Assembly (NCBI GenBank): GCA_963726245.1
Contig: CAVSBT010000017.1
Span: 1-64,000 of the forward strand
Length of the DNA stretch: 64,000 nt
Reading direction: 5' to 3'
DNA from: an uncultured Chloroflexia bacterium
Lineage (GTDB): Bacteria; Chloroflexota; Dehalococcoidia; DSTF01; JALHUB01
Shown here: piece by piece, positions 11,223 to 22,349 of the stretch
Numbering within the stretch: position 1 is the first letter of the stretch
Layout of the letters: each line of letters starts with the position of its first letter
The notes under the pieces: generated by a model
Database searches by the model: none
Seen by the model: only the letters and a program-made list of their open reading frames with translations
Told to the model about the DNA's origin: nothing
Translations under genes and position numbers: made by a program

Positions 11223-12809
11223 TTGGCGGAGATCCTCCATGACCTCGCCGCGCTGGCAATACAGGCGCCGCCTGTGCCTGACACTCTGTGCCTCGCGGCC
11301 CAGACCCTGCGCCTGGGAGCAGGCTTGGAGGAGACCCATGTCATCTGCGCGCCGGAAGAGGAATCCTGCTGGGCCTCCGACCCGCCCGCGGATGAGAAGC
11401 CGCTCGCTAACGGCGGGCTCGGATTCCTGCAACGGCGGCTGGTGTTCCTGGACTTGCCCCTGGCCTTTAACATAGGGGCCGAGCGCCGCATCGAAGGCCT
11501 ATGCCCGGCGAGGGACGCTCGAGGACGGCCGTGGGCGGCCCTGGCCATCCCCGGACGCACGGGCATCCCCGACATGCTCCTCGTCCGCGGCGACTGGTCG
11601 GGCCCTGTTCCGGACCAAACGCTCCAACTACTGGAGGCGTCCCTCCCTTCGTTCACCGTGCTCCTCGGGCGCTGTCTGGACGCCTCTCAGGCCACCCGCC
11701 AGCGCGAGCAACTCAACACTCTCTCAGAGGTAGCGCGCGCCATCACTCAGACCCGGGAGATGGAGGTGGTGCTCACTCATCTGGCCAACACCATCGCCGC
11801 CGCCACCGGTTGGGAGCTGGTCATCCTCGATGTGCTGGCCGAGGACGGCCGCAGGCTTCGCTTCCGCTGCTTCAACCAGTCGCGCTGGTCGGAGGGTCCC
11901 CAGGCGGCCATCTGGCGCGAATGGGGGCTGACCAACGAGCTGCCACCTCCGCTAATCGAGGACATGCGCCTCCGTCGGCCGGCCCTGTTCTCCAGCTTGC
12001 AGCGCGATGAGCGGATAGATTCGGCACACCAAGAGTTCTGGCGTCGCTCGTTGCTGGTCTCTGCCGGCATCTTCCCTCTTTGCTTTGGGGACGAGGGCCT
12101 GGGGTTCCTCACCGTCGCCAGCTTCCGCCCGCACGACTTCCCGCCCGAGGATGTGCAGTTGCTCGAGGGGCTGGCGGCGCAGGCGGCGGCGGCAATCAAG
12201 GCGGTCAAGGACTACGAGGAGCTGGAGGCGTCGCGCGAGCAGCTCCAGGAGTACGCCGAGCGCCTCCGTGAGAGCATGGACATCCAGCACCGCCTGGCCC
12301 GCACCGATGCCCTCACCAGCATCCCCAACCGCCGCTACGTCGAGGAGTTCCTCACCGCCCAGTGCGCCCGCAGTCAGCGCGAGGGCTCGCCGCTGTCCGT
12401 GATCCTGGCCGACGTGGACAACTTCAAGAAGGTAAATGATACCCTCGGCCACCGCAGCGGGGACCAGGTCCTCATCTCGCTGGCGGGCCTCGCCCAGTCT
12501 ACGTGCCGGGCAATGGACATAGTCGGCCGCTACGGTGGCGACGAGTTCATCTTCGTCCTGCCTCTGGCCGACCTGGAGCAGGCCGCCGACTTCGCTGAGC
12601 GCTTCCGGAGCCGCGTGGCCGGCGAGCCGCTACCGCTCACCCCCAAGACCGCGGCTCAGGTGACGGTGAGCTTGGGCGCCGCCCTGTTCGGCGGTGAGAG
12701 GACGGACCCCGAAACCCTCCTTCAGGCCGCCGACGAGGCGCTGTACCGCGCCAAAGCTCAGGGCAAGAACCAGGTGTGCGCCGCCGCGGAGCGGGTGACG
12801 GCCGCCTGA
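11223..12809 (+). CDS. GAF-GGDEF diguanylate cyclase (paralog 1)
   Basis: GAF domain, coiled coil, TDALTSIPNRR, DVDNFKKVNDTLGH, RxxD I-site (RAMD), intact RYGGDEF. Confidence 0.9.
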   Translation: MAEILHDLAALAIQAPPVPDTLCLAAQTLRLGAGLEETHVICAPEEESCWASDPPADEKPLANGGLGFLQRRLVFLDLPLAFNIGAERRIEGLCPARDARGRPWAALAIPGRTGIPDMLLVRGDWSGPVPDQTLQLLEASLPSFTVLLGRCLDASQATRQREQLNTLSEVARAITQTREMEVVLTHLANTIAAATGWELVILDVLAEDGRRLRFRCFNQSRWSEGPQAAIWREWGLTNELPPPLIEDMRLRRPALFSSLQRDERIDSAHQEFWRRSLLVSAGIFPLCFGDEGLGFLTVASFRPHDFPPEDVQLLEGLAAQAAAAIKAVKDYEELEASREQLQEYAERLRESMDIQHRLARTDALTSIPNRRYVEEFLTAQCARSQREGSPLSVILADVDNFKKVNDTLGHRSGDQVLISLAGLAQSTCRAMDIVGRYGGDEFIFVLPLADLEQAADFAERFRSRVAGEPLPLTPKTAAQVTVSLGAALFGGERTDPETLLQAADEALYRAKAQGKNQVCAAAERVTAA

Positions 12810-13031
12810 GAACGACGTCCCCCTTTCACCGTTCTCCGCGCTTCCAGCCATACGACGTCCGCCGCTGCTGCCAGATGCTGACGCGAGTAAGCCCCTCACG
12901 CGCGCTGCGGGTCAAGGAATCCTCTGTGTGAAGGTCAATCATTTCTGAACATTTTTCTTGCGTCCTTACTACTAAAGGACAGCACCCGATCGGCCGAGAA
13001 ACTACATGAGACCTTTTCCATCGAGGGACAG

Positions 13032-14624
13032 ATGTTTACAGAGACTCTTCATCGCCTCTCCACGCTGGCCATACAGGCACCGCCGGTGCCTGACACCCTG
13101 CGCCTCGCCGCTCAAGCTCTGCGCGAGGGCGCTGGCGTCGAGGAGACCCACGTCATCTACGTGCCGACGGAGGAGTTCTGTTGGGCCTCAGACCCGCCGC
13201 TGAATGAGAAGCCGATCGCCAACGGCGGGCTCGGATTCCTGCAGCGGCGGCTGACCTTCCTGGACAAGGCCCTGGCCTTCAACATCGGGGCCGAGGAGCG
13301 CATCGAGGACCTGACCCCGGCGCGGGAAGCCCAGGGGCAACCGTGGCTGGCCTTGTCCATCCCGGGACGCGTCAACTTCTCTGACATGCTCCTGGTCCGC
13401 GGCGACTGGTCGAGGTCTGGTAGGGACGGGGCGGTCCACCTGCTGGAGGCATCCCTCCCTTCGCTGACTGTGCTCATCGGGCGCTATCTGGACGCATCTC
13501 AGGCCAGCCGACAGCGCGAGCAGCTCAACGCCCTCTCGGAGGTGGCCCGCGCCATTACCCAAACGCGGGAGATGGAGGCGGTGCTGACCCGTCTCGCCAC
13601 CGTCGTCGGTGCCGTCACCGACCACGAACTGGTCATCCTCGACGTGCTGGCCGAGGATAACCACAGGCTCCGCTTCCGCTGCTTCAACCAGTCGCGCTGG
13701 TCAGAAAGCCCCTGGGCGCGGGTCTGGCAGGAATGGGGGCTGAGCCGCGAAGTAGAGCCCATATTCCTGAACGTCGCAGAGACCCGTGAACCGGCCTTGA
13801 TACCTGACCTGCAGCATGACACCCGGCGGCCGCCGGAATCGCGGGAGTTCTTCCGTCGCTCGTTGCTGGTCTCCTCTGCCCTCTTCCCGCTCTCCTTTGG
13901 GGATGAGGTCCTGGGGTTCCTCACCGTCTGCAGCCCCCGCCCCCACGACTTCCCGCCCCATGAGGTAGAGTTGCTCCAGGGCCTGGCGGCCCAGGCGGCG
14001 GCGGCAATTAAGGCCATCCAGAACTATGAGGAGCTCGAGGGGTCGCGCGAGCAGCTCCAGGAGTACGCCGAGCGCCTCCGCGAAAGCATGGAGATGCAGC
14101 ACCGTCTGGCCCGCACCGACGCTCTGACCAGCATCCCCAACCGCCGCTACGTGGAGGAGTTCCTGACAGCCCAGTGCGCGCGGAGCCAGCGCGAGGGCTC
14201 GCCGCTGTCCGTGATCCTGGCCGACGCGGACAACTTCAAGGACGTCAACGACACCATGGGCCACCGCAGCGGCGACTGGGTGCTGATCGAGCTGGCGGGC
14301 CTCGCCCGGTCCACCTGTCGCGCTATGGACGTGGTAGGCCGCTACGGCGGTGATGAGTTCATCTTCGTCCTGCCTCTGGCCGACGCCGAGCATGCGGCCG
14401 GCGTCGCCGAACGCTTCCGGAACCGGGTGGCCCGTAAGCCCATGCGGGTCGCGCCCAAGACTGTGGCCCGGGTGACGGTGAGCCTGGGCGTCGCCGAGTT
14501 CGGCGGCGAGAGGGTGGAGCCCGAAACGCTCCTCCAGGCTGCCGACGAGGCGCTCTACCGCGCCAAGGCCCAGGGCAAGAATCAGGTGTGCATCGCCGCG
14601 GAGCCGGTGACCGCCACCCCGTAG
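13032..14624 (+). CDS. GAF-GGDEF diguanylate cyclase (paralog 2, tandem duplicate)
   Basis: Collinear with paralog 1 over its whole length; RAMD I-site and RYGGDEF intact. Confidence 0.9.
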   Translation: MFTETLHRLSTLAIQAPPVPDTLRLAAQALREGAGVEETHVIYVPTEEFCWASDPPLNEKPIANGGLGFLQRRLTFLDKALAFNIGAEERIEDLTPAREAQGQPWLALSIPGRVNFSDMLLVRGDWSRSGRDGAVHLLEASLPSLTVLIGRYLDASQASRQREQLNALSEVARAITQTREMEAVLTRLATVVGAVTDHELVILDVLAEDNHRLRFRCFNQSRWSESPWARVWQEWGLSREVEPIFLNVAETREPALIPDLQHDTRRPPESREFFRRSLLVSSALFPLSFGDEVLGFLTVCSPRPHDFPPHEVELLQGLAAQAAAAIKAIQNYEELEGSREQLQEYAERLRESMEMQHRLARTDALTSIPNRRYVEEFLTAQCARSQREGSPLSVILADADNFKDVNDTMGHRSGDWVLIELAGLARSTCRAMDVVGRYGGDEFIFVLPLADAEHAAGVAERFRNRVARKPMRVAPKTVARVTVSLGVAEFGGERVEPETLLQAADEALYRAKAQGKNQVCIAAEPVTATP

Positions 14625-14648
14625 GGGTGGTTCGCGAACCGCCCCCAC
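14621..14648. repeat. REP-like palindrome GTAGGGG(C/T)GGTTCGCGAACCGCCCC
   Basis: Related copies at 55739-55766 and 61678-61705. Confidence 0.75.
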
Positions 14649-14664
14649 AGTCCCAACAACCCTT

Positions 14665-15297
14665 CTAGGATTCCAGCCACAACACGTCGCCGCAGAGGTC
14701 CGGCGGGTGCTGCTGCGAGGCGAAGACGGCGTGCTCCTGCCGTGACCGGCCGATGGTGGTCGTGTCGCCGTGGCCGGAGTAGACCATTGTCTCGTCCGGG
14801 AGCACGTAGAGACGCTGGAGGATCGACTGTATCTCCTGCTGGAGGTCCTCGGGCCGGTCGCTGTGGCCGGGCCCGCCGGGGAAGAGAGTGTCGCCGGCGA
14901 TCAGGAAGCGGCCGGTCAGTAGGCAGATGCTGCCGGGGGTGTGCCCGGGCGTGTGGATGACGCGCAGGCGTCCCCTGCCCAGCGGGACCTCCTCGCCGTC
15001 GACCAGGGTGCCGTCCACCTGGTCGGCGTGGGGCTCACGGTCGGCTTCGTGGCAGTAGACGGGGGCGCCGGTAGCCGACTTGAGCAGGTCGATGGTCGCC
15101 CAGTGGTCGGCGTGATGGTGGGTGACGATGATGCGTGCGACATGGGTGCCCCGGGCCGCCTCGAGCAGCTTCTCCCCCTCGAAGGGCGCGTCGACGATGA
15201 TGGACTCTTTGGTGGCGGGGTCCACTACCAGGTAGGCGTTGTTGTCGAAGGGGCCCAACGGCCCCACTTTCACGACTTCGAGCTGGTGGGCGGGCAT
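14665..15297 (-). CDS. MBL-fold metallo-hydrolase (glyoxalase II-like)
   Basis: THHHADH, HTPGHTPGS, AGDTLFPGG, GHG. Confidence 0.9.
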   Translation of the reverse strand: MPAHQLEVVKVGPLGPFDNNAYLVVDPATKESIIVDAPFEGEKLLEAARGTHVARIIVTHHHADHWATIDLLKSATGAPVYCHEADREPHADQVDGTLVDGEEVPLGRGRLRVIHTPGHTPGSICLLTGRFLIAGDTLFPGGPGHSDRPEDLQQEIQSILQRLYVLPDETMVYSGHGDTTTIGRSRQEHAVFASQQHPPDLCGDVLWLES

Positions 15298-15450
15298 GTG
15301 CAGCCCCTTCTTCGTGGGAGGCCGGCGAGTCCCCAGAGGATAGCAGAGGGCGCCAGGGGCGTCAAAGAGATGTTGTATAATCGGCGCTACGGGAGCGCCT
15401 GCTTGTCAGTGGGCGAGCGGGCCTACCCATAAGCAAGCCGCACCTGAGCC

Positions 15451-16389
15451 GTGGAGATCACTCTTCGCGTTCACGCCATACCGGCACCGGTCAAGACCTA
15501 CACCGGTCCCTACCCGCCTAACGTCTACCTGGTGATGGACGGCGGCCAGGCGGCCATGATCGACGCCGGCTTCAGCGGGGAGGACTCCGTGCGGGAGCGC
15601 CTCGCCTACCTGAAGGGCCTGCCGGGACTGCGCCTCGCTTACGTCGTGGTCACTCATCACCACTTCGACCACTCGGGAGGGGCGCACGGCCTGCGGGAGG
15701 CCACGGGCGCCCGCATAGTCATGCACCGGCAGGAGGCGCCCCTGCTGGAAGCGGCGGCTCGCGAAGAGACGCCCTCCGACGTGGAGCTGCCGGAGGAGAT
15801 GCGGGAGGCGCGAGAGCAACTGCGCCGCTGGCGAGAGGAGGCGGCACTTTCGCGGCCCGACATTCTGGTCGACGATGACGACCGCCTGCGCGTAGGCGCG
15901 GCGAGCCTGCGGCTGGTGCACACGCCGGGCCACACGGCGGGCCACATCTCCCCCTTCCTCGAGGAGGAAGGCGTCCTCTTCAGCGGCGACAACGTCCTGG
16001 GGATGGGCACGACGGCCATCGCGCCGCCGCCGCACGGCGACATGGTCCAGTACCTGGCGTCCCTGCGGAAGATGCAGGGGCTGAACGCCGCGCTCCTCTG
16101 CCCCGGCCACGGGCCGGTGGTGAAGGAGCCCAACCGCAAGATACAGGAGCTCCTGGACCACCGCCGGGAGCGCGACGAGCAGATCCTGCGCTTCATCGGC
16201 CAGGGGCACGACACCGTGCGGCGGCTGGTCAAGGCGGTGTACCCTGAGCTGGATCGACGGCTGGTGCCCATGGCCACCGGCCAGATTCTCTCGCACCTCC
16301 ACAAGCTGGAAGGCGAGGGGAAGGTGAAGACGCGACGGGAGGGAGACGAGGTGTTCTGTTCGCTGGCCGGCGACCGGCCCGAGGGTTAG
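15451..16389 (+). CDS. MBL-fold metallo-hydrolase (LACTB2-like, C-terminal winged helix)
   Basis: THHHFDHSGG, HTPGHTAGH, FSGDNVLG, PGHGP; C-terminal VKAVYPELD...SHLHKLEGEGKV. Confidence 0.85.
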   Translation: MEITLRVHAIPAPVKTYTGPYPPNVYLVMDGGQAAMIDAGFSGEDSVRERLAYLKGLPGLRLAYVVVTHHHFDHSGGAHGLREATGARIVMHRQEAPLLEAAAREETPSDVELPEEMREAREQLRRWREEAALSRPDILVDDDDRLRVGAASLRLVHTPGHTAGHISPFLEEEGVLFSGDNVLGMGTTAIAPPPHGDMVQYLASLRKMQGLNAALLCPGHGPVVKEPNRKIQELLDHRRERDEQILRFIGQGHDTVRRLVKAVYPELDRRLVPMATGQILSHLHKLEGEGKVKTRREGDEVFCSLAGDRPEG

Positions 16390-16390
16390 A

Positions 16391-17818
16391 GTGATGGCAG
16401 ACATGGACGCCGGACTGCGAAACATCCTGCCCCTGACCGCCTCCGTGGACAGCGGCGGCCACCTTATCGTGGGCGGCTGCGACACGGTGGAGCTGGCGCG
16501 GGAGTTCGGCACGCCCCTGTACGTCTTCGACGAGGAGGACCTGCGGGCCCGCTGCCAGGAGTTCCGCCGCGAGTTCGAGGCGCGCCACCCTGACGTCCTC
16601 ATCGTCTACGCCGCCAAAGCCTACCTGGGGCGGGCCCTGGCCTCTCTGATAGCCGAGGAGGGCCTGGGGCTGGACGTGGTTTCCGGCGGCGAGCTGGCCT
16701 GCGCCCGCGCGGCGGGCTTCCCGCTGGAGCGTGCCTACTTCCACGGCAACAACAAGTCGGCCCAGGAGATCCGCGAGGCCCTGGCGGCGGGCGTGGGCCG
16801 GGTGGTAGTGGACAACTGCCACGAGCTGCTTCTCCTGGCCGATGCCGCAGCCTCCCTCGGGCGCCAGCAGGCCGTCCTTTTGCGGGTGACGCCGGGTGTG
16901 GACCCGCACACTCACGCCTACGTCAGCACGGGCGCGGTGGACAGCAAGTTCGGCCTGGCCCTGGCGGGCGGCCGCGCCGAGGAGGCCCTTGTCGAGGCGC
17001 TGGCCTCGACGGGCCTGGAGGTGCTGGGCTTTCACTACCACCTGGGCTCCCAGATCACGGAGATGGAGCCATATCGCAAGGCGGCGGATGTTGTACTGGA
17101 GTTCGCTGCCCGCATGCAGGAGCGTCACGGCCTGGCGCTGCGCGAGTACAGCGTCGGCGGCGGCATCGCCGTGCCCTACACCCGCGACGCCGCGACGCCG
17201 TCAGTGGCCGAGTACGCCGAGACGGTGGTTGGCGCCCTCACGGAGGGCTGCCGACGGCACGGGCTTGCCCTGCCCAGGCTAACCGTCGAACCGGGGCGGG
17301 CCATTGTCGCCCGGGCCGCCGTCGCCCTCTACACGGTGGGGGCGACTAAGGAAGTGCCGGGCGTTCGCACCTACGTCGCCGTCGACGGTGGCATGGCCGA
17401 TAACATCCGTCCTGCCCTCTACGGCTCCCGCTACGAGGCGCTGGTGGCCAATCGCATGGGCGACCTGCCTCAGGAGAAGGTGGCGGTGGTCGGCCGCTAC
17501 TGCGAGTCTGGCGACGTACTCGTGCCGGAGGCGGAGGTGCCCCGGCTATGGGCGGGGGACCTCCTCGCCCTGCCTGTCTCCGGCGCCTACGGCCTGGCGA
17601 TGGCCAGCAACTACAATTGGGCGCTGCGTCCGGCCGTGGTGATGGTCAAGGACGGCCACGCGCGCCTCGTCCGCCGCCGCGAGAGCTACGACGACCTTCT
17701 GGCCTGCGACATCATGGATGGTGGGCCGTCGCCAAGGGGCCGGCCGACCGGCCCAGCAGGTCCACCCCTTCGACCCGCCAGGGTCGCCAGACCACCGTCG
17801 CGCCGGCGGAAGCGCTGA
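16391..17818 (+). CDS. lysA: Diaminopimelate decarboxylase
   Basis: FGTPLYV, YAAKA, DVVSGGEL, HGNNKS, SKFG, HLGSQI, EPGRAI, VDGGM, CESGD, GAYG-MASNYN. Confidence 0.93.
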   Translation: MMADMDAGLRNILPLTASVDSGGHLIVGGCDTVELAREFGTPLYVFDEEDLRARCQEFRREFEARHPDVLIVYAAKAYLGRALASLIAEEGLGLDVVSGGELACARAAGFPLERAYFHGNNKSAQEIREALAAGVGRVVVDNCHELLLLADAAASLGRQQAVLLRVTPGVDPHTHAYVSTGAVDSKFGLALAGGRAEEALVEALASTGLEVLGFHYHLGSQITEMEPYRKAADVVLEFAARMQERHGLALREYSVGGGIAVPYTRDAATPSVAEYAETVVGALTEGCRRHGLALPRLTVEPGRAIVARAAVALYTVGATKEVPGVRTYVAVDGGMADNIRPALYGSRYEALVANRMGDLPQEKVAVVGRYCESGDVLVPEAEVPRLWAGDLLALPVSGAYGLAMASNYNWALRPAVVMVKDGHARLVRRRESYDDLLACDIMDGGPSPRGRPTGPAGPPLRPARVARPPSRRRKR

Positions 17819-17820
17819 GG

Positions 17821-18891
17821 ATGGCCGTGGGCTGGCAACTGGTCGGGCAGCCAGGCGCCGTCGCGATGCTGGAGCGCGCCCTGCGCGAGGACCGCCTCTC
17901 GCACGCCTACCTGTTCGCCGGACCGGGTCAGGTCGGAAAGGCCACCGCCGCGCGCGAGCTGGCCATGGCCCTCAACTGTCGCGGGGAGGACCCTCCCTGT
18001 CATCGCTGCCGCGAGTGCCACCTGATAGACGCGGGGCAGCACCCCGACGTGGAGCTGGTGGGCGTAGGCGGTCTCTGCGAGGAGCCCGACCACCGCGATC
18101 ACCGCACCGACAGCTCTAAGGACATCCGCATCTGCCAGGTGAGGCGGCTGGAGCGGCTCCTGAGCCGCTCCCCCTTTGAGGGACGCCGCCGAGTCGTCAT
18201 CGTAGACCCGGCCGATGCCCTCAACATGGAGGCGGCCAACGCCTTTCTCAAGACGCTGGAGGAGCCGCCGGGCGCGGCGGTGCTGGTGCTGGTGACCAGT
18301 CGGGAGGAGGCGCTGCCCCTCACGGTGCGCTCTCGCTGCCGACGCGTGCCGTTCCGGCTGATGGCGGTGGCGGAGGTGGAGCGAGCGCTGGCGGAAACGT
18401 GGTCCGTCGCGCCGGAGAAGGCGGGCGCACTGGCGCGGCTCAGCGGCGGCCGCCTGGGCTGGGCCGTCGCTGCCCTGGAAGACGAGGGCCTCCTGTCCGC
18501 CCGAGAGTCGGTGCTGGAGGACGTGCGAAGGCTGGCCGGGGCTAGCCTCTCGGAGCGATTCGCCTACGCCGGGCGTCTGGGCCACGTCTTTCCGCGCGAG
18601 AGGGCGACCGTTTTCGCCGCCCTTGACCTCTGGCAGGAGTGGTGGCGGGATCTGCTGCTGGTTGGCGCGGGCTGTGGCGAGCAAGCGGTGAACTTCGACC
18701 GGCTGGACAAGCTGACCGAAGAAAGCAGACAATACGGTGTAGAAGCTGTGGTGCGCTTTCTCGAGGCCCTGGGCCGCGCGCGCCGGCAGCTTCAGGACAA
18801 CGTGAACCCTCTTCTCGCGCTGGAGGTCCTGATGCTGGGGCTCCCAACGCCGGCGATAGGAAAGGAGGTGGGGTTTCAGGCGTCCCGGTGA
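17821..18891 (+). CDS. holB: DNA polymerase III subunit delta'
   Basis: HAYLFAGPGQVGK, Zn-binding CxxC cluster, HPDV, AANAFLKTLEEPP, TVRSRC. Confidence 0.9.
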   Translation: MAVGWQLVGQPGAVAMLERALREDRLSHAYLFAGPGQVGKATAARELAMALNCRGEDPPCHRCRECHLIDAGQHPDVELVGVGGLCEEPDHRDHRTDSSKDIRICQVRRLERLLSRSPFEGRRRVVIVDPADALNMEAANAFLKTLEEPPGAAVLVLVTSREEALPLTVRSRCRRVPFRLMAVAEVERALAETWSVAPEKAGALARLSGGRLGWAVAALEDEGLLSARESVLEDVRRLAGASLSERFAYAGRLGHVFPRERATVFAALDLWQEWWRDLLLVGAGCGEQAVNFDRLDKLTEESRQYGVEAVVRFLEALGRARRQLQDNVNPLLALEVLMLGLPTPAIGKEVGFQASR

Positions 18892-18957
18892 GGCCCGGCT
18901 TTCCACTTTCTGGGTGAAGCCAGGCCAGGCCGTGCGGGCGCCGGAGATCCCGGGTCT

Positions 18958-19983
18958 ATGGCAGAAGTTGTCGGTGTTCGCTTCAGGGAGGCGGGCAAGG
19001 TCTACTACTTCGACGGCAGCGGTTACGAGTTGCCCGTCGGCACCTACGTGGTGGTGGAGACGTCGCACGGGGAGGAAGTGGGCCGGGTGGTAGTCTCGCC
19101 CGACCAGATCCTATCGAGCGAGATAAGGGAGCCTCTCAAGCCTGTCATCCGGGTCGCGGAGAGCGGGGACTTGGAGAAGGCGGAGTCCCACCGGACCAGA
19201 GCCCTTGAGGAGATGCCCCTGGTGCGCGACAAGGCAATCGAGCATGAGCTACCCATGCGCATAGTCGGCGGCGACTACAACCTGGAGGGCTCCCAGTTGA
19301 CGGTCTACTTCACGGCAGAGGACCGAGTGGACTTCCGCGGCCTGGTCCGCGACCTTTCCAGCGTCCTGCACACCCATCTCCAGATGTTGCAGGTGGGGGA
19401 TCGCGACCGCGCCAGGATGGTGGATGGCATCGGCCGCTGCGGCGAGCGCCTCTGTTGCAGCTCCTGGCTGGGCGGTTTCCCGAGCATCTCCATCAAGATG
19501 GCTAAGGAGCAGGACCTGCCTCTGAACCCGTCCAAGATCTCGGGGGCCTGCGGGCGTCTCCTCTGCTGCCTCGTGTTCGAGCATGAGCAGTACCGCGAGC
19601 TTCGGGGCCAGCTCCCCAAGGTGGGTCAGATGGTCTCGACCCCGGGGGGCTTGGCCAAGGTAGTGGGCCTCAACGTGCTCAAGCAGACTGTCACGCTGCG
19701 GCTGGAGGAGGGCTTCGCCCACCTGGAGATGCCCGTGGAAGAGCTGCGTCTCCAGTACGGCACGGCTGTACGACCCATCGATGCGGCGGGGGAGGCCGGC
19801 GCAGCGCTGTCGGCAAAGGAGGGTCCTGCCCCCGCGCTCTCGCCCAGCGGCCCACCAGCGGGCGAGGAGCCGGCACCAGGCGACAATGCCGGTCAACGGC
19901 GCCGGCGGCGTCGACGGCGTGGCCGGCGCGGGGGCCGCGCGATGGGCGTGACAGAGGGGGAAGCTGAGGGCCCGCACAGCTAG
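18958..19983 (+). CDS. ricT: PSP1/RicT (YaaT) family regulatory Fe-S protein
   Basis: GVRFREAGKVYYF, RVDFRGLV, GIGRCGERLCC, SIKMAKEQDL, KISGACGRLLCCL; holB-yaaT synteny. Confidence 0.88.
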   Translation: MAEVVGVRFREAGKVYYFDGSGYELPVGTYVVVETSHGEEVGRVVVSPDQILSSEIREPLKPVIRVAESGDLEKAESHRTRALEEMPLVRDKAIEHELPMRIVGGDYNLEGSQLTVYFTAEDRVDFRGLVRDLSSVLHTHLQMLQVGDRDRARMVDGIGRCGERLCCSSWLGGFPSISIKMAKEQDLPLNPSKISGACGRLLCCLVFEHEQYRELRGQLPKVGQMVSTPGGLAKVVGLNVLKQTVTLRLEEGFAHLEMPVEELRLQYGTAVRPIDAAGEAGAALSAKEGPAPALSPSGPPAGEEPAPGDNAGQRRRRRRRRGRRGGRAMGVTEGEAEGPHS

Positions 19984-20099
19984 GGAGCTACCCTCAGCTT
20001 CGAGGAAGCTGCGCATTTCAATGCGCCGGTTCACAACCATCAGGCGGGGGTCCAGGATTCCCCCACCAACGATGGACCAGCCCTCCAAAGGCTTATCGA

Positions 20100-20128
20100 T
20101 TGACTTTCAGAAAAGCGGTCTCTATACT
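20100..20128 (+). promoter_or_regulatory. Sigma70-type promoter of the tRNA-tuf operon
   Basis: TTGACT-N17-TATACT. Confidence 0.7.
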
Positions 20129-20210
20129 ACATTCGCCATCGCCCCGAAGTGCCGGGGGCCTAATTTTGTTACGCCCTGTGAGAGGCCCCGGAGCGGAGAA
20201 CGGCGGCCGG

Positions 20211-20286
20211 GCCCGAGTGGCGCAATGGTAGCGCAACCGATTTGTAATCGGTAGGTTAGCGGGTTCGAATCCCCTCTCGGGCTCCA
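20211..20286 (+). tRNA. tRNA-Thr(TGT)
   Basis: Anticodon arm accga-ttTGTaa-tcggt, GGTTCGAATCC, CCA end. Confidence 0.95.
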
Positions 20287-20361
20287 GACAGGAGACACCG
20301 GGACGAGGGGCAGGGGACAAAGGCCCTGTACCCCGCATTTTGTTCCCTCGGCTATCGCCGT

Positions 20362-20447
20362 GCCGGGGTGGGTGAGCGGCTAAAACCGACGGTCTGTAAA
20401 ACCGTTGCCTGACGGCTACGCAGGTTCGAATCCTGCCCCCGGCACCA
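20362..20447 (+). tRNA. tRNA-Tyr(GTA)
   Basis: acggt-ctGTAaa-accgt, long variable arm, CCA end. Confidence 0.95.
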
Positions 20448-20526
20448 TTTGGAGGTACCTGGAGGTCGAGGCTCTGTGGGGCTCGCAGGACGGCGGGCAT
20501 CCGGCTTCGAGCTTACGATATTGCGG

Positions 20527-20602
20527 GCCCACATAGCTCAGTTGGTAGAGCACGTTCTTGGTAAGAACGGGGTCCCCGGTTCGAGTCCGGGTGTGGGCTC
20601 CA
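20527..20602 (+). tRNA. tRNA-Thr(GGT)
   Basis: cgttc-ttGGTaa-gaacg, GGTTCGAGTCC, CCA end. Confidence 0.95.
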
Positions 20603-20623
20603 TCTGAGGAGGAACAGTCGACA

Positions 20624-21826
<1,203 letters not shown>

Positions 21827-21849
21827 CAGAAAAAGGATCATCTGCCTCC

Positions 21850-22014
21850 ATGGCAAAGAAGGAAGACCGCGTCATCATCCACCTTGCCTGCACCGAGTGC
21901 CGGGAGCGGAACTACACGACCAGCAAGAACCGGCGGAACGATGCTGACCGGCTGGAGCTATCGAAGTACTGTCCGCGCTGCCGCGTTCATCGCCTCCATC
22001 GTGAGGTCCGATAG
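21850..22014 (+). CDS. rpmG: 50S ribosomal protein L33 (Zn-binding form)
   Basis: Hand-translated (below the ORF-track cutoff): [54 protein letters not shown]. Confidence 0.95.
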   Translation: MAKKEDRVIIHLACTECRERNYTTSKNRRNDADRLELSKYCPRCRVHRLHREVR

Positions 22015-22032
22015 TGATGGTGGGGAGTTGAA

Positions 22033-22338
22033 GTGAGCCGAGCAATAAGGCGTCATCCGCCCGTCACGAAGGAGAAGGCGGGGCGCAAGCCGGCGGTGCT
22101 GCCGACGACCAAGGGGCGGCGTGAGCCTCCGCGTCAGCGTAAGGGGTTCCTGGCTTTCCTGCGACCGCGCTGGATGGAGGACATCATCAACGAGCTGCGG
22201 AAGGTCACCTGGCCGACCCGCCAGGACACCATGAACCTTACGATGGTGGTGGTCGTTGTCTCGATCGCGGTGGGGCTGTTCCTGGGAGGCATCGACCTCT
22301 TCTTCAACTGGCTCATCGAGCACACGCTGCTGCGCTGA
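22033..22338 (+). CDS. secE: Preprotein translocase subunit SecE
   Basis: ELRKVTWPTR plus one TM helix; position between rpmG and nusG. Confidence 0.92.
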   Translation: MSRAIRRHPPVTKEKAGRKPAVLPTTKGRREPPRQRKGFLAFLRPRWMEDIINELRKVTWPTRQDTMNLTMVVVVVSIAVGLFLGGIDLFFNWLIEHTLLR

Positions 22339-22349
22339 CAGGAGGAGTC

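Noticed and set aside
17710-17818. Functional C-terminal domain on LysA
   Set aside because: It is a low-complexity Pro/Arg tail overlapping GC palindromic sequence, more likely read-through or an indel than a domain.
20448-20526. tRNA-Gly between tRNA-Tyr and tRNA-Thr (as in the E. coli tufB operon)
   Set aside because: The spacer has no cloverleaf or intact T-loop.
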